Counted from the first letter of the stretch, positions 7,687 to 17,288 are shown. The stretch is DNA of 42,214 nt from an uncultured Pseudomonadota bacterium (GCA_964429275.1 CAYSBJ010000002.1:240245-282458); one strand, 5' to 3'. Notes: a model not told the origin generated them from the letters alone. Made by a program: numbers and translations.

Positions 7687-9501
7687 TTAAACGCCGGGGA
7701 CCTTAATCAACGGAGGTTCGTCATGGTTACCTCCGCCGGAGACCACAGGGCGCGGTGGTACAGGCGAACCATTCGCATCTTTGATCGTCACCATGAGCGG
7801 CAGTGTCATAGTGCGTGTGGCGGGATCTTGAACTGGTGTGCCGACTGTAATAGACACCTCATTCCCCCTGTTGCCGGGGAGCGCAAGTGGCGGCAGCGGT
7901 AGCGGTAACGGCGTTTCTTGCGGAATAGTTGGCCTTGCGCGCGTCAGTTCTTGTGGCGCACGTGAAGTGGTGGCGGCCAGCACTGCCGTTGCCGCCTCAA
8001 TTGACGCGCTCGTAGTCTGAACAACAGGCTCGGCTGTCGATGCCGCCGAAATTGCTGTGGATCGTTTTTTTCTATGGCCGGCTAATAGTTGTACAAAATT
8101 GCTATCAAGCGCTTCTTGGAGATTTTTAGTGAGTCTGTTGCTTTCCGGTTTTGTCGGCTCTATAGGCGCCAAAACCGGCGCTGCAATAGGGAGCGTGTTG
8201 GGAGTCGTTGTTTCTGCTTCTGCTTCTACCGGCGCAGAGACGCTATCATTCTCAGGCACAACTTGTTTTTCGCTTTCGCGCGCTCCGGTAAAAAATTGGT
8301 ATGCCGTCGTCTTAAAGCCATCTTTTTTAATCGCATCCTGGGAGTATTCAGTAATAATCCAATCTCCTTTTTGCGCCGCCAGCTGAATAATGGCAAAAGC
8401 ATCATGAGTAAACTGCAAACCTTTTTGCATAACTAGGGTTGGCGCCGACATGAGAGTCCAGGTAGTAACCCCACCATCAGCCGGCAACTGTCGCAAACCT
8501 GTTGAAGACTGAAATGTCTGACGCTTCTTCTCAGATTGAAAAGCAACCTCAATAGTTATCTTGCTATTATGAGTTAGCCCCTCGGATATTTCGTGTTTAT
8601 CTAGAAGGCCATTTTGTTTTGCTTCTAAGAAGTGCGCATACGAATCCTCTTTAAGCTTACTGCTTACACTGCTCGCCAAATATGAGATTTTTATAAAATG
8701 ACCTGGATGATTTGGTACGGCCAAATACAGGCCCAGTGGTAAATGCATAAAAAAATTGTTTGTTGTTGCTATAAGCTGCTTAGACTCCTCTCCGCATTTG
8801 ATTTCATACTGCTCTTTTAAGCCAAAAGCCTCCCAATACTTATTGTCTTCGTGGTTGCCACGTAGATAAATGGCTGTATCTGCGTTCATCTCCATAAGAC
8901 GCAAAACAAGGCCAAGTGTTTCCATGCCATAGGGTGAGCGCGACATCGTCGACCCCATAAAGAGAATGTAGGTATCCGCTGCAATAATTTTGAGCGAGTC
9001 ATTAATAATATTGAGCTCCTTAAGTTTTTCCAGATCTCGTACAAGCGAGTGATAGGCACCATACAAATCACCAAAAATGACAAAGCGCGCTTTGGGCGCG
9101 GGGCTCATCTTATAGACAATGTCGCGCTCGACGCGATAACTTTTAAAGCGATTAAGCATCACATCAAGAAGTGAGCGAAAATATAATGAAGGCCAATCGA
9201 ATCGTGTTGGAAGATTGAGGCAACAGGCTATCGCACGCCACTTCCGCGTGAAATAGCCTGGTGTATTTGCACGATAAAAATAGTCGTAGTCAGGCCGCAC
9301 AAGATTGGTGTTTTCCATAGGAGGCAATTCCGGCATCGTCCGAGCGTACTCAGATGCTTCCTCAAGAGAGTTGAGACCGGTAATACAAATGGTTTCTGGC
9401 ACCAAGACAAGCAAGGTAAAAATAAATATGAAAGCAACCGCTGCTGCTATGTATACCTTGCGCGGTACAGCTAAAATCTTATTTACAATACTATTTTTCA
9501 T
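7687..9501 (-). CDS. Membrane-anchored PPP-family (calcineurin-like) phosphatase homolog with degenerate metal-binding motifs and a Pro/Thr/Ala-rich tail
   Basis: N-terminal TM helix. Motifs FGDLYG (cf. GDxHG), FMGSTMSRSPYGMETL (cf. LGDYVDRGxxSxE) and YLRGNHED (intact RGNHE). Confidence 0.8.
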   Translation of the reverse strand: MKNSIVNKILAVPRKVYIAAAVAFIFIFTLLVLVPETICITGLNSLEEASEYARTMPELPPMENTNLVRPDYDYFYRANTPGYFTRKWRAIACCLNLPTRFDWPSLYFRSLLDVMLNRFKSYRVERDIVYKMSPAPKARFVIFGDLYGAYHSLVRDLEKLKELNIINDSLKIIAADTYILFMGSTMSRSPYGMETLGLVLRLMEMNADTAIYLRGNHEDNKYWEAFGLKEQYEIKCGEESKQLIATTNNFFMHLPLGLYLAVPNHPGHFIKISYLASSVSSKLKEDSYAHFLEAKQNGLLDKHEISEGLTHNSKITIEVAFQSEKKRQTFQSSTGLRQLPADGGVTTWTLMSAPTLVMQKGLQFTHDAFAIIQLAAQKGDWIITEYSQDAIKKDGFKTTAYQFFTGARESEKQVVPENDSVSAPVEAEAETTTPNTLPIAAPVLAPIEPTKPESNRLTKNLQEALDSNFVQLLAGHRKKRSTAISAASTAEPVVQTTSASIEAATAVLAATTSRAPQELTRARPTIPQETPLPLPLPPLALPGNRGNEVSITVGTPVQDPATRTMTLPLMVTIKDANGSPVPPRPVVSGGGNHDEPPLIKVPGV

Positions 9502-9516
9502 CTACCCTCCGGACAG

Positions 9517-10590
9517 CTACCACAGTAATACATAGGCACTATACCCGACGAATACCGTCGAACTAAGGAGATATGCTATGTCATGCACGCGCTGCAACCA
9601 CATCATTGCAACTGCGGGGATTCCCTTGCCAGATTCTGTATAGAGACTAAGAAGCAATTGAAGCACAAATATTACCAGAAGAAGGAGCAAGTACAATACA
9701 TAGACAAGATCTGTTGTCGTTAAGTAACCGACAGACGGTATCATGCGATCGATAATAAAGCGGTAACTGAGAAGTGCCGTAAGCCCTGAGACGCTCATGC
9801 GCATGCGGCTGGCACTGTTAGAAAGACCCATAAGAAACGTTAGCATGCCAAAAAGCAATGCAATAAACATTGGTACAAAGATAATAATAATGTTGCGAAT
9901 GCTAGATTTTTCAAAGTTAATACTATAGGCAACCGCAGGGCGTAAAATGCGCTTGCTGTCATTGCGCGCGTCAAGAGAAAGTCTTAAGTAGCCCCAAGCG
10001 CTATCAAGATCTAGAATTTTCCAGTTACCGGTATACACATCAGGAGATATGCCAAAACAGCTGTTTTCTACGGTAAAATACATTTCGTTTGGGCCTACGC
10101 CATTATTTGTCATTACTAATGAAATACGATGGTCATCAAATGGATAGCGATAATAATTAAGATCGCTCTTAAACTCTATGCGCAAGTCGTACTTAATGAA
10201 CATAGTATGCCCGTTGATGCGAATATCTCCCGGGGTTTTTTCTAGTATTTTTGCGTTAATAAAGGAAAAGTCTTGAACGACATCGATCATGATTTCATCC
10301 GTTGGTAGCTCAAACCATACGACCGCTCCGATAAGAAAGCGGTCATTAGTGATATCGAAAACTTCAAAGTTTTTAATATACATGCCAGTTTTGACGACGC
10401 TGGCAAAATCACGAACTTCTTTGCGCATATTCATATCGATAAGTTGCAAATCAGGTTGGTGATCAGCAGGCCGGAATATAAAGAGCGCCATAATAAAAAA
10501 AGAAACAACAGCGCAAGAGGAAAGAACAAGACCTATTGCCTTAAACTTACCAGAGCCTATGCTATTCCAAAATCGTTGTGCTAGATACAT
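9517..10590 (-). CDS. Pentameric ligand-gated ion channel subunit (prokaryotic Pro-loop receptor, ELIC/GLIC-like)
   Basis: GMYIKNFEVFD..RF..VVW beta-sandwich start; DLNYYRYPFDDHRI Pro-loop; WKI; M1 IIIIFVPMFIALLFGMLTF; M2 SRMRMSVSGLTALLSYRF; M2-M3 loop IPSVGYLTTTD; M3 and M4; extra N-terminal hydrophobic anchor. Confidence 0.88.
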   Translation of the reverse strand: MYLAQRFWNSIGSGKFKAIGLVLSSCAVVSFFIMALFIFRPADHQPDLQLIDMNMRKEVRDFASVVKTGMYIKNFEVFDITNDRFLIGAVVWFELPTDEIMIDVVQDFSFINAKILEKTPGDIRINGHTMFIKYDLRIEFKSDLNYYRYPFDDHRISLVMTNNGVGPNEMYFTVENSCFGISPDVYTGNWKILDLDSAWGYLRLSLDARNDSKRILRPAVAYSINFEKSSIRNIIIIFVPMFIALLFGMLTFLMGLSNSASRMRMSVSGLTALLSYRFIIDRMIPSVGYLTTTDLVYVLYLLLLLVIFVLQLLLSLYTESGKGIPAVAMMWLQRVHDIAYLLSSTVFVGYSAYVLLW

Positions 10591-11925
10591 CTATTGCCCC
10601 TTTTCGCGGTATTCATCCCATTGCTCGTCATTTCCTTTATTTAGCCAGACGGACCAGGAAAGAGTTTGATTGCGATATTTTAAATGTAGCCCCTTGAATT
10701 CAAAGGCCGGTGCTTGCGCAATATGCTGTAAAAGCTGCCCAACTGTCACCGAAGATTGACACTGCTCTAGAAAATGAAGAAGTAATGAAGCTGTAATATA
10801 GCCCTCAAGTGATTCTGCTGAAAGTCCTTTGTTCGGTAGGTATTCTTGCATGTATTTTCGATATTCCTGCACTATTGGCAGTTGGCTTTTTCGAGGACTT
10901 GGCACAACAGAGGCCGTAATCATGCTCATGCCGCGTGACTCCTTCAATTGCTTAGTAATGCGTTCACAACAAGATAACCCAAGAAAAGAAGCATAATGAA
11001 GCTGTTGATTAATCGCTTCTCGCACAAAATTATAAGTTGGGCGACCATTCGCAAGGCATAAGACGACTTGAGGATCACTTTTTTTAATTGTTGCAACCGC
11101 GGGGCCTACCATTACCGTATTGGGTTGATAGGAGGCGCTCCCGCATACTTTCAAATTATATTTGCGCCGGAGTATATCGACTGTGGCATTTCGTGCTTCA
11201 ATGCCCCAAGCACTTTCTTCGTAAAAAACCGCTATTTTATCCTGCTTAAGAGTATTAATTGCATAATCAAGAAGCGCGCGAATTTCTTGGCGATATGGAG
11301 GTCGATACCATATTACTGGCATACCACTCGTGACACGAGCTCGCATTCCGACGAGCGGAAAAAGTACCGCTATAGCATTGCGTGCCAGAAGCGGAATATA
11401 AACCTTTTCAAAAACCATTTCGCCAAATGGTGAGAAAAAAATAGGTGTCTTACTCAAAAGATCGTAGAGGTGTGGCGTTGCGCGCAAAACGCGACCGCTA
11501 TCATCTCGCTGGTCCAGGGAAAGATGGTATTTTTTCCACGCACCACCTTTCGTTGTATTTACTCTATTAAGAAACAAGAATAGACCATCGCTCAGGGCAG
11601 TTCCTGGCAAGCCAAGTTCCCCAGTTTTTGGAATAGTAGATCCCAGTAGAATTTGGGCATTACACACAAGCGGTTTTTGCTGCACCGAATCAGATGGTAT
11701 CTTCATGGAAACGTTTTCTGGTAGTGGCTGCGGCGCCAAAAGTTCCGAGTCTCCCGTACCAGTAAATTCATTATTGATATTTTCAGTAACGATCTTTTTT
11801 GCCTGATGTATCGATCGCTTCCAATAATAAACAGTTGCTCCTATGAGAACTGCAAAAACTGCAATTACAACCGCTGCAGTAAAGAATGGGGGAAGGATAC
11901 TTTTCTTTGGTAGATTTTTTGCCAT
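10591..11925 (-). CDS. Membrane-anchored type 1 periplasmic binding (LivK/Venus-flytrap-like) protein
   Basis: LGSTIPKTGELGLPG, RDDSG, RPPYRQEI, KIAVFYEESAWG, SVVPSP, SLEGYITA are typical of branched-chain amino-acid-binding-like PBP1 folds. N-terminal TM helix; no ABC permease/ATPase nearby. Confidence 0.85.
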   Translation of the reverse strand: MAKNLPKKSILPPFFTAAVVIAVFAVLIGATVYYWKRSIHQAKKIVTENINNEFTGTGDSELLAPQPLPENVSMKIPSDSVQQKPLVCNAQILLGSTIPKTGELGLPGTALSDGLFLFLNRVNTTKGGAWKKYHLSLDQRDDSGRVLRATPHLYDLLSKTPIFFSPFGEMVFEKVYIPLLARNAIAVLFPLVGMRARVTSGMPVIWYRPPYRQEIRALLDYAINTLKQDKIAVFYEESAWGIEARNATVDILRRKYNLKVCGSASYQPNTVMVGPAVATIKKSDPQVVLCLANGRPTYNFVREAINQQLHYASFLGLSCCERITKQLKESRGMSMITASVVPSPRKSQLPIVQEYRKYMQEYLPNKGLSAESLEGYITASLLLHFLEQCQSSVTVGQLLQHIAQAPAFEFKGLHLKYRNQTLSWSVWLNKGNDEQWDEYREKGQ

Positions 11926-12050
11926 TCTTCTGTACTCGCAATGTGCTCTAGCTAATACTGTGTAATTTACAAAGTCTCGATTATACTATGTCCGTTACGG
12001 TATAAGATTGTACAATCAAAAGTAAATAATCAGCGAAAGGATACCTCTTT

Positions 12051-12632
12051 ATGGCGGCGCCACTTATTATTATTTCTGGGCCTTCCGGAGCAGGTAAAAC
12101 AACTACCACTGATCACCTCTTAGCCCACATGCCATCACTCTCGCGAGTTATCACGGTGACAACACGTCTTCCGCGCAGCGGCGAACACCATGGCGTCCAT
12201 TACTTTTTTGTATCACGCCAGACATTTCAAGAGTTGGCAGCGACGGCAGCATTTTTGGAAATAAATCAATTTGGTGAACATTTATATGGAACCCCGCGTA
12301 GCCTATTAACTTTTTTAACTCGCAACAACGCCCGGCTTGTGTTGCCAGATATAAATGGAGCCCGCGCTCTAAAGAAGCATGTGCCAACAGCCGTATGCAT
12401 TTGGATTGAAGCACCAGCTGAACTACTTGCACAGCGACTAATAGGGCGCAATAGTGAATCAACAAAGGATCAAGAAATGCGTTTGCTAATGGCACAAATT
12501 GAAATGCGAGAGGCTCGCGTAAGCGGTCTTTATGAGCACATTATTGATATGACAGACTTTGGTATCGCAGAAGAAAAAATTAGAAAAATAATTGATGCTG
12601 CTATGCGGCAGGAGCCGCTTCGTAAGGGTTAG
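12051..12632 (+). CDS. gmk: Guanylate kinase
   Basis: ISGPSGAGKTT, TTRLPRSGE..GVHYFFVS, FLE, YGTP. Confidence 0.93.
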   Translation: MAAPLIIISGPSGAGKTTTTDHLLAHMPSLSRVITVTTRLPRSGEHHGVHYFFVSRQTFQELAATAAFLEINQFGEHLYGTPRSLLTFLTRNNARLVLPDINGARALKKHVPTAVCIWIEAPAELLAQRLIGRNSESTKDQEMRLLMAQIEMREARVSGLYEHIIDMTDFGIAEEKIRKIIDAAMRQEPLRKG

Positions 12633-14172
12633 GCAAGTCATCATTGTCTATATCAACCACTGAATGATCAATTAATGGAGGCAACTTACCCATTTCACGT
12701 AAAACCTCATCAGACGTCTCTTTGGTTGCAACATTTTGCGAAAGGAAGTCGAGGCGCTCTTTAAGGCGCTCAATAAACGCTTCCAACTCTCGTCCAGGAG
12801 ACCCCTTCATTATATTCGCAATGTTTGCCGTACTTACCTCCATTTTATATCCCTTGCTTGCAAGGAGGCGATCTGCATAAAGGTCCAATATCATTTTGCG
12901 CTGGCGTGGCGCTGGAAGACCAATGCTAATTTGACGCGTAAATCGACTAAGTAATGCGTTGTCCATGCGACCGATGTGGTTGGTCGCCGCAATAACCATG
13001 AAGCGGGTGGATGGCTGTGCTATTTCATCAAGAAGGTGGTCAAGAAACCCGCGGTTTGCATTTTCTTTTTCTTTGCCACGCTGACCGGTCATGCCATCAA
13101 CTTCGTCGAGGAAAATAATAGTATTTCCTCGACGCCGGGCCCTTGCAAACATTTCTTTGAGTACCGCAATACGGTCACCTTCTGATTTTATCTGCATAAA
13201 GTCGGAGGCCATAAGACGAATGAATTCCATCGGTTTTCCATCGTCACCAATAGCTTGGTCGGCAATGTATTGTGCAATACTTGTTTTGGCAGTTCCCGGA
13301 GGTCCCCACAGAAGAACGCGTGGCAAGGTAAGTGGTTTCTTTGTTTTTTGTGTTACTTCTTGGCGACGATTGACGAGGAATATAAGCTCGTTAACTTGTT
13401 TGCGTGTTTCGGAAGGAAGAATAAGGTCATTTTCGCCCAGCAATCCTTCAGGTTTTTTACCAAACCAGCCAGATTTGCGCCGACGGACAGTATAAATAGA
13501 GGGTTTATCAAAGGCTTCACGGATCTTGTTACGCATCCATTCGGTGCCACCAAATTTATTAAAGATATACGCCATACCACTGACAATGATGGTGATCTTG
13601 GTTAAAAGGTCAATAATATCTTTATTTGCATAATACTTTGCCATGATAGGGTTGATTATTTTTTCAAACAAACCAAGCACCGCATTGCTCTTCCAGCCCG
13701 GATTTTCTATCTGATTTATTTGGGCGCGGGTGTACGGAAGATTATTCTCTATGTCTTCGCGGAGTGCCTTTTCGGTAAGGTCCCAGCTAGCCTGTCCAAC
13801 AAGGTTATCGATTTCTTCAGGCTCATAAAGAAGAGTCTTTCCATCTGCTTGCTTCAGTCCCTTGAGCATCTCAGCGCGGTTATGCGCAGACTGGCTAATG
13901 GTATATAAAAGCTTTTTTAAATGAGGATTTTCGAGCGTTGTTTTTGTCAGTTTTGCCTGCGGAATTCGGCTTTGGCTATAAAATCCCCGGTTCAATTTTC
14001 CGCGTCGTTGTTTTGACGCTCGACCTGGTTTGCCGGCTACAACATCCCTGACGAACTCTCCTCGTAGCGCAGGAACTCGAGCCTCCACGCTATCTGCGAC
14101 AGCGTCGGCTGCTGATAAGCCAGCACCCCACACAATAAAAAAAAAACCAAGCCATCGATTGATTAGGTACAT
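12601..14172 (-). CDS. Signal-peptide- and TM-bearing AAA+ ATPase (ATAD3-like architecture)
   Basis: Signal-like N-terminus from ATG 14172; TM ITIIVSGMAYIF; Walker A variant GPPGTAKT; Walker B IIFLDEVD; SRH AATNH..MDNALLSRF. Confidence 0.85.
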   Translation of the reverse strand: MYLINRWLGFFFIVWGAGLSAADAVADSVEARVPALRGEFVRDVVAGKPGRASKQRRGKLNRGFYSQSRIPQAKLTKTTLENPHLKKLLYTISQSAHNRAEMLKGLKQADGKTLLYEPEEIDNLVGQASWDLTEKALREDIENNLPYTRAQINQIENPGWKSNAVLGLFEKIINPIMAKYYANKDIIDLLTKITIIVSGMAYIFNKFGGTEWMRNKIREAFDKPSIYTVRRRKSGWFGKKPEGLLGENDLILPSETRKQVNELIFLVNRRQEVTQKTKKPLTLPRVLLWGPPGTAKTSIAQYIADQAIGDDGKPMEFIRLMASDFMQIKSEGDRIAVLKEMFARARRRGNTIIFLDEVDGMTGQRGKEKENANRGFLDHLLDEIAQPSTRFMVIAATNHIGRMDNALLSRFTRQISIGLPAPRQRKMILDLYADRLLASKGYKMEVSTANIANIMKGSPGRELEAFIERLKERLDFLSQNVATKETSDEVLREMGKLPPLIDHSVVDIDNDDLPNPYEAAPAA

Positions 14173-14258
14173 TGCATCCTTTTTTTCATATCCGAGTTGT
14201 AGTTTAACATGAGAGCAAGGCACCTGAACACAATCTGCCGAAGTTTTTTGAAAAAAGG

Positions 14259-15149
14259 TTAATTAGCTAGGCTTTGGCTACCGCCGCGAGTAAAAAGAGA
14301 GAGCCCCACTGATACTGCGCCAAGAGAGGCCCAATAGTGCCACGTTATGCTTTCTCCTAAGAAAGCTGCGCCGAGTATCGCACTAAATAGTGGGCATAAA
14401 AAGCCACACAGAGTCATAAAGGTCATCGAATAACGGGTCAACAGCCAGGAATACAAATTATAGCCAACTATTTGTGATAGGAATATAAGAAGAAGCAGCC
14501 AGGCCCAAAACTGTTGCCAATCACTCACCTGCTGCCAAGCGTGTGGCATTGCCACCATCATAGTGCCACCACACAATATTGCGCCAATTCCCATGGCCAT
14601 GCCGTTCACTACTACGAGATGATGTCCACGCGCCATAAGCGCCTTGACGACGAACCAGGCCGTTGCAGCCGAAGTAACCGCCAAACAGAGGACTAGTTCC
14701 GGCATCGAAACACATAATAGCTCCAGAGAATTTCCACTGTCATGGGTTAAAAATATGGGCGCCATGCCGATGGTACCAACAAAAATACCAAGCCACTGAA
14801 AGGCCGATAAGCGTTCTTTATATAAAAAATATGACAGCACTGCCGTTATAAAAGGAGTCATAGCATAAATAAGAGATGTTTTTGCGGAGCTTACATATTG
14901 TAAGGACCAAAACTCTAAAACAAAGGCAAGGTAAATATGTAAAATACCAGCCAAAAGGAATAACCAGCGATCGCCCCAGACTTTTTTCCACTCAACCTTT
15001 CTCAAATACTGCATGCAGCCAAGCAAAAGAAAGGCACCAACAAAGAAGCGCGTAGTTAAAAGAAAAAGATAGGGAGAATAGGATAACACCTCTTTTGCCA
15101 CGGTGAACGTGGAGGCCAAAATTAGGTACTCAAATGCAATAAGCAGCAT
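14259..15149 (-). CDS. DMT/EamA family transporter
   Basis: About 10 TM helices in two EamA halves (SLQYVSSAKTSLIYAMTPFITAVLSYFLYKERL; PLFSAILGAAFLGE). Confidence 0.9.
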   Translation of the reverse strand: MLLIAFEYLILASTFTVAKEVLSYSPYLFLLTTRFFVGAFLLLGCMQYLRKVEWKKVWGDRWLFLLAGILHIYLAFVLEFWSLQYVSSAKTSLIYAMTPFITAVLSYFLYKERLSAFQWLGIFVGTIGMAPIFLTHDSGNSLELLCVSMPELVLCLAVTSAATAWFVVKALMARGHHLVVVNGMAMGIGAILCGGTMMVAMPHAWQQVSDWQQFWAWLLLLIFLSQIVGYNLYSWLLTRYSMTFMTLCGFLCPLFSAILGAAFLGESITWHYWASLGAVSVGLSLFTRGGSQSLAN

Positions 15150-15164
15150 AACAGTAAATATTTC

Positions 15165-16013
15165 CTACTCTTTACCGGTGGTCTCATGATTAATAATGAG
15201 ATTTGGCTCGATAATTTTTATACGTTCAATGGAAATAGCTTTACCAGTCGCTACCTCGGCTTTAATCACAGCACCATGAAGGGCAAAGGGTCCATTTTCT
15301 TCTACTTCAAATTTTGACGGGAGCTGCGTGATCATTCGGCTAAGTACCGAATGAATGTTCATGCCAAGCATCGAATTTTGTGAGGCACAACAGCCAAGAT
15401 CAGTAATGTACCCAGTTCCCTTTGGTAATATTCGTTCGTCTGCTGTTTGCACATGGGTATGCGTTCCAACTTGGGCAGTAATTTTACCGTCAAGAAAAAA
15501 TCCCATGCCTTGCTTTTCAGAGGTAGTCTCAGCATGAAAATCAAGAAAGATAAGTTTTGTTTGGGTCTTAAGATAGGTCAAAAGGCTTTCCATTCCCTTG
15601 AATGGGCAAGCAAGTTGCTCATGCATAAAGACTCGCCCTTGAGCGTTAACGACTGCAAGGGTAATACCGGAAAGTGTCGTGAACAGAACGTAGCCTTTTC
15701 CTGGACACTCAGATGGAAAATTAAGCGGGCGCAAAAGGCGGTCACTTGCCGCAAAGGCCGCAGTGTACCCTTTTTGCCCAAAAATATGATTACCAGACGT
15801 AATAACATCGGCGCCAGACTTAAGAAGAAACTCTACGATTCCTGCAGTAATCCCGCGACCATTGCCGGCTGAGTTTTCCCCATTCACTACGACGCAATCA
15901 GGCGCATATTGGGCCTTAAGGCGCCCGATATGCGTAGAAAAGAGTGCGCGACCTGGCTTACCAACCAAATCCCCGATCATTAAAATCGTTATTGTTTGTT
16001 GTCCAGTACTCAT
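15165..16013 (-). CDS. ymdB: YmdB-family (TIGR00282) metallophosphoesterase
   Basis: IGDLVGKPGR, NGENSA, TSGNH, DFHAETTSEK, GTHTHVQTAD, YITDLG. Confidence 0.93.
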   Translation of the reverse strand: MSTGQQTITILMIGDLVGKPGRALFSTHIGRLKAQYAPDCVVVNGENSAGNGRGITAGIVEFLLKSGADVITSGNHIFGQKGYTAAFAASDRLLRPLNFPSECPGKGYVLFTTLSGITLAVVNAQGRVFMHEQLACPFKGMESLLTYLKTQTKLIFLDFHAETTSEKQGMGFFLDGKITAQVGTHTHVQTADERILPKGTGYITDLGCCASQNSMLGMNIHSVLSRMITQLPSKFEVEENGPFALHGAVIKAEVATGKAISIERIKIIEPNLIINHETTGKE

Positions 16014-16038
16014 GCCCCTTGTCCCTTCTGTTGCCCCG

Positions 16039-16299
16039 TTAACCTAATGATACCTCGCGTAGTTCCTGCAGGCACGCCTCTAAGGCGCGTTCTGTTTCGG
16101 TTTTTTCTTGTAGCAACGGCACTAGGCAACGCATTGCTACCATCGCGCATAGCTGCCCTTCAGACAAAGCCGGCTCTTTTCTTGTTATTTCTGCAGCAGC
16201 TTGGTCAAAGAGTATCGCTGCTTTTTGGAGTAAAACTTCATCAACCGAATTACTCGATACCGTATACTTTTTCCCAGCAATCGCAAGTACAACGCTCAT
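16039..16299 (-). CDS. zapA: Cell division protein ZapA-like
   Basis: 86 aa; V.L.IAGKKYTV beta start, L.KAA..D helix, AMVAM, C-terminal coiled coil; follows a ZapB-like gene. Confidence 0.65.
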   Translation of the reverse strand: MSVVLAIAGKKYTVSSNSVDEVLLQKAAILFDQAAAEITRKEPALSEGQLCAMVAMRCLVPLLQEKTETERALEACLQELREVSLG

Positions 16300-16309
16300 A
16301 AAATCACCG

Positions 16310-16636
16310 TTACTTCGCGGTTTCTGATGACTTCATCGATTCGATACTCGCCAGGAGCTCGTTGATTGATGAAGAAAGCTGGTCTCGCTCAGCGACCGCA
16401 TCAATCCCTTGGATTGCTTGCGTATACGCCTCGTCGAATTTTACAGAGATTGCCGCATTTTCTTTCGTCAATGCGGCAATCTGCTCAGTAAGTTCTGCGT
16501 TTGCCTGAGCCAGTTCAATCACTTTTGCACTTAACAGCTCAGTTTCTTGGGTCAGCCCCAATACGTTGGCTTTAAGTTCGGCATTATGCGCCAGGATTAC
16601 TTTTACTCGCTCGGCCAGTTCCTGTAGCTGCTTCAT
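16310..16636 (-). CDS. ZapB-like coiled-coil protein
   Basis: Heptad-rich 108 aa protein (LQELAERVKVIL..LK....L..E...L) directly upstream of zapA. Confidence 0.6.
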   Translation of the reverse strand: MKQLQELAERVKVILAHNAELKANVLGLTQETELLSAKVIELAQANAELTEQIAALTKENAAISVKFDEAYTQAIQGIDAVAERDQLSSSINELLASIESMKSSETAK

Positions 16637-16703
16637 ATTTCTTCCTTTTCATTGCATACACAATCGATACGCTAGGAATGGTAGTCAGCAACTCAGGAGT
16701 TCT

Positions 16704-17060
16704 TCAAGCGTTTGCTTTTTTTGCTCGTTCCGTCAATTGGGTAAAGATCGTTGGCTCATAGATAGCCAACTGGCTCAATACCTTGCGGTTCAAGGCAATA
16801 TTTGCTTTTTTTAAGCCAGAGACAAAGCGGCTATAGGACATGCCGTTTGCACGGCAACCAGCGTTGATACGCACGATAAACATGCCGCGGAAGTCACGCT
16901 TTCTATTTTTACGACCTATGAAAGCAAATTCAAGAGCTCGCAGCAAAGTTTCTTTTGCGCGACGGAACACGTTGGCACGTTGCCCCCAGTAGCCCTTTGT
17001 TTGCTTCAATAATTTTTTGTGACGTTTTCTGGTCATCACCCCACGTTTAATACGACTCAT
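16704..17060 (-). CDS. rplT: 50S ribosomal protein L20
   Basis: MSRIKRGV..RHKKLLKQTKGYWG, RKRDFR, SYSRF, LNRKVLSQLA. Confidence 0.98.
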   Translation of the reverse strand: MSRIKRGVMTRKRHKKLLKQTKGYWGQRANVFRRAKETLLRALEFAFIGRKNRKRDFRGMFIVRINAGCRANGMSYSRFVSGLKKANIALNRKVLSQLAIYEPTIFTQLTERAKKANA

Positions 17061-17090
17061 GGTATATCCCCTGTTCTCGTTCTGACTTGA

Positions 17091-17288
17091 TTAGTTTGGA
17101 AGAAGGCGACGCATTTTTTTCAAGTCACCACTAAAGAAGTAGGCTACTTTACGCAATCCCCGTTTTTGTTTGGTAGTTTTTGCCCAGGCATGGTGGCTAC
17201 GGTAGCCTTTAGATCTCTTGATATCCGTACCGCCGGCGACTTTTCTAAATCGCTTTTTAGCACCCGAGTGGGTCTTCATTTTTGGCAT
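17091..17288 (-). CDS. rpmI: 50S ribosomal protein L35
   Basis: [14 protein letters not shown]...KQKRGLR...LLP. Confidence 0.97.
   Translation of the reverse strand: MPKMKTHSGAKKRFRKVAGGTDIKRSKGYRSHHAWAKTTKQKRGLRKVAYFFSGDLKKMRRLLPN

Noticed and set aside
16014..16038. Expected 6S RNA or rny between zapA and ymdB
   Set aside because: Only 25 nt of spacer, so there is no room.
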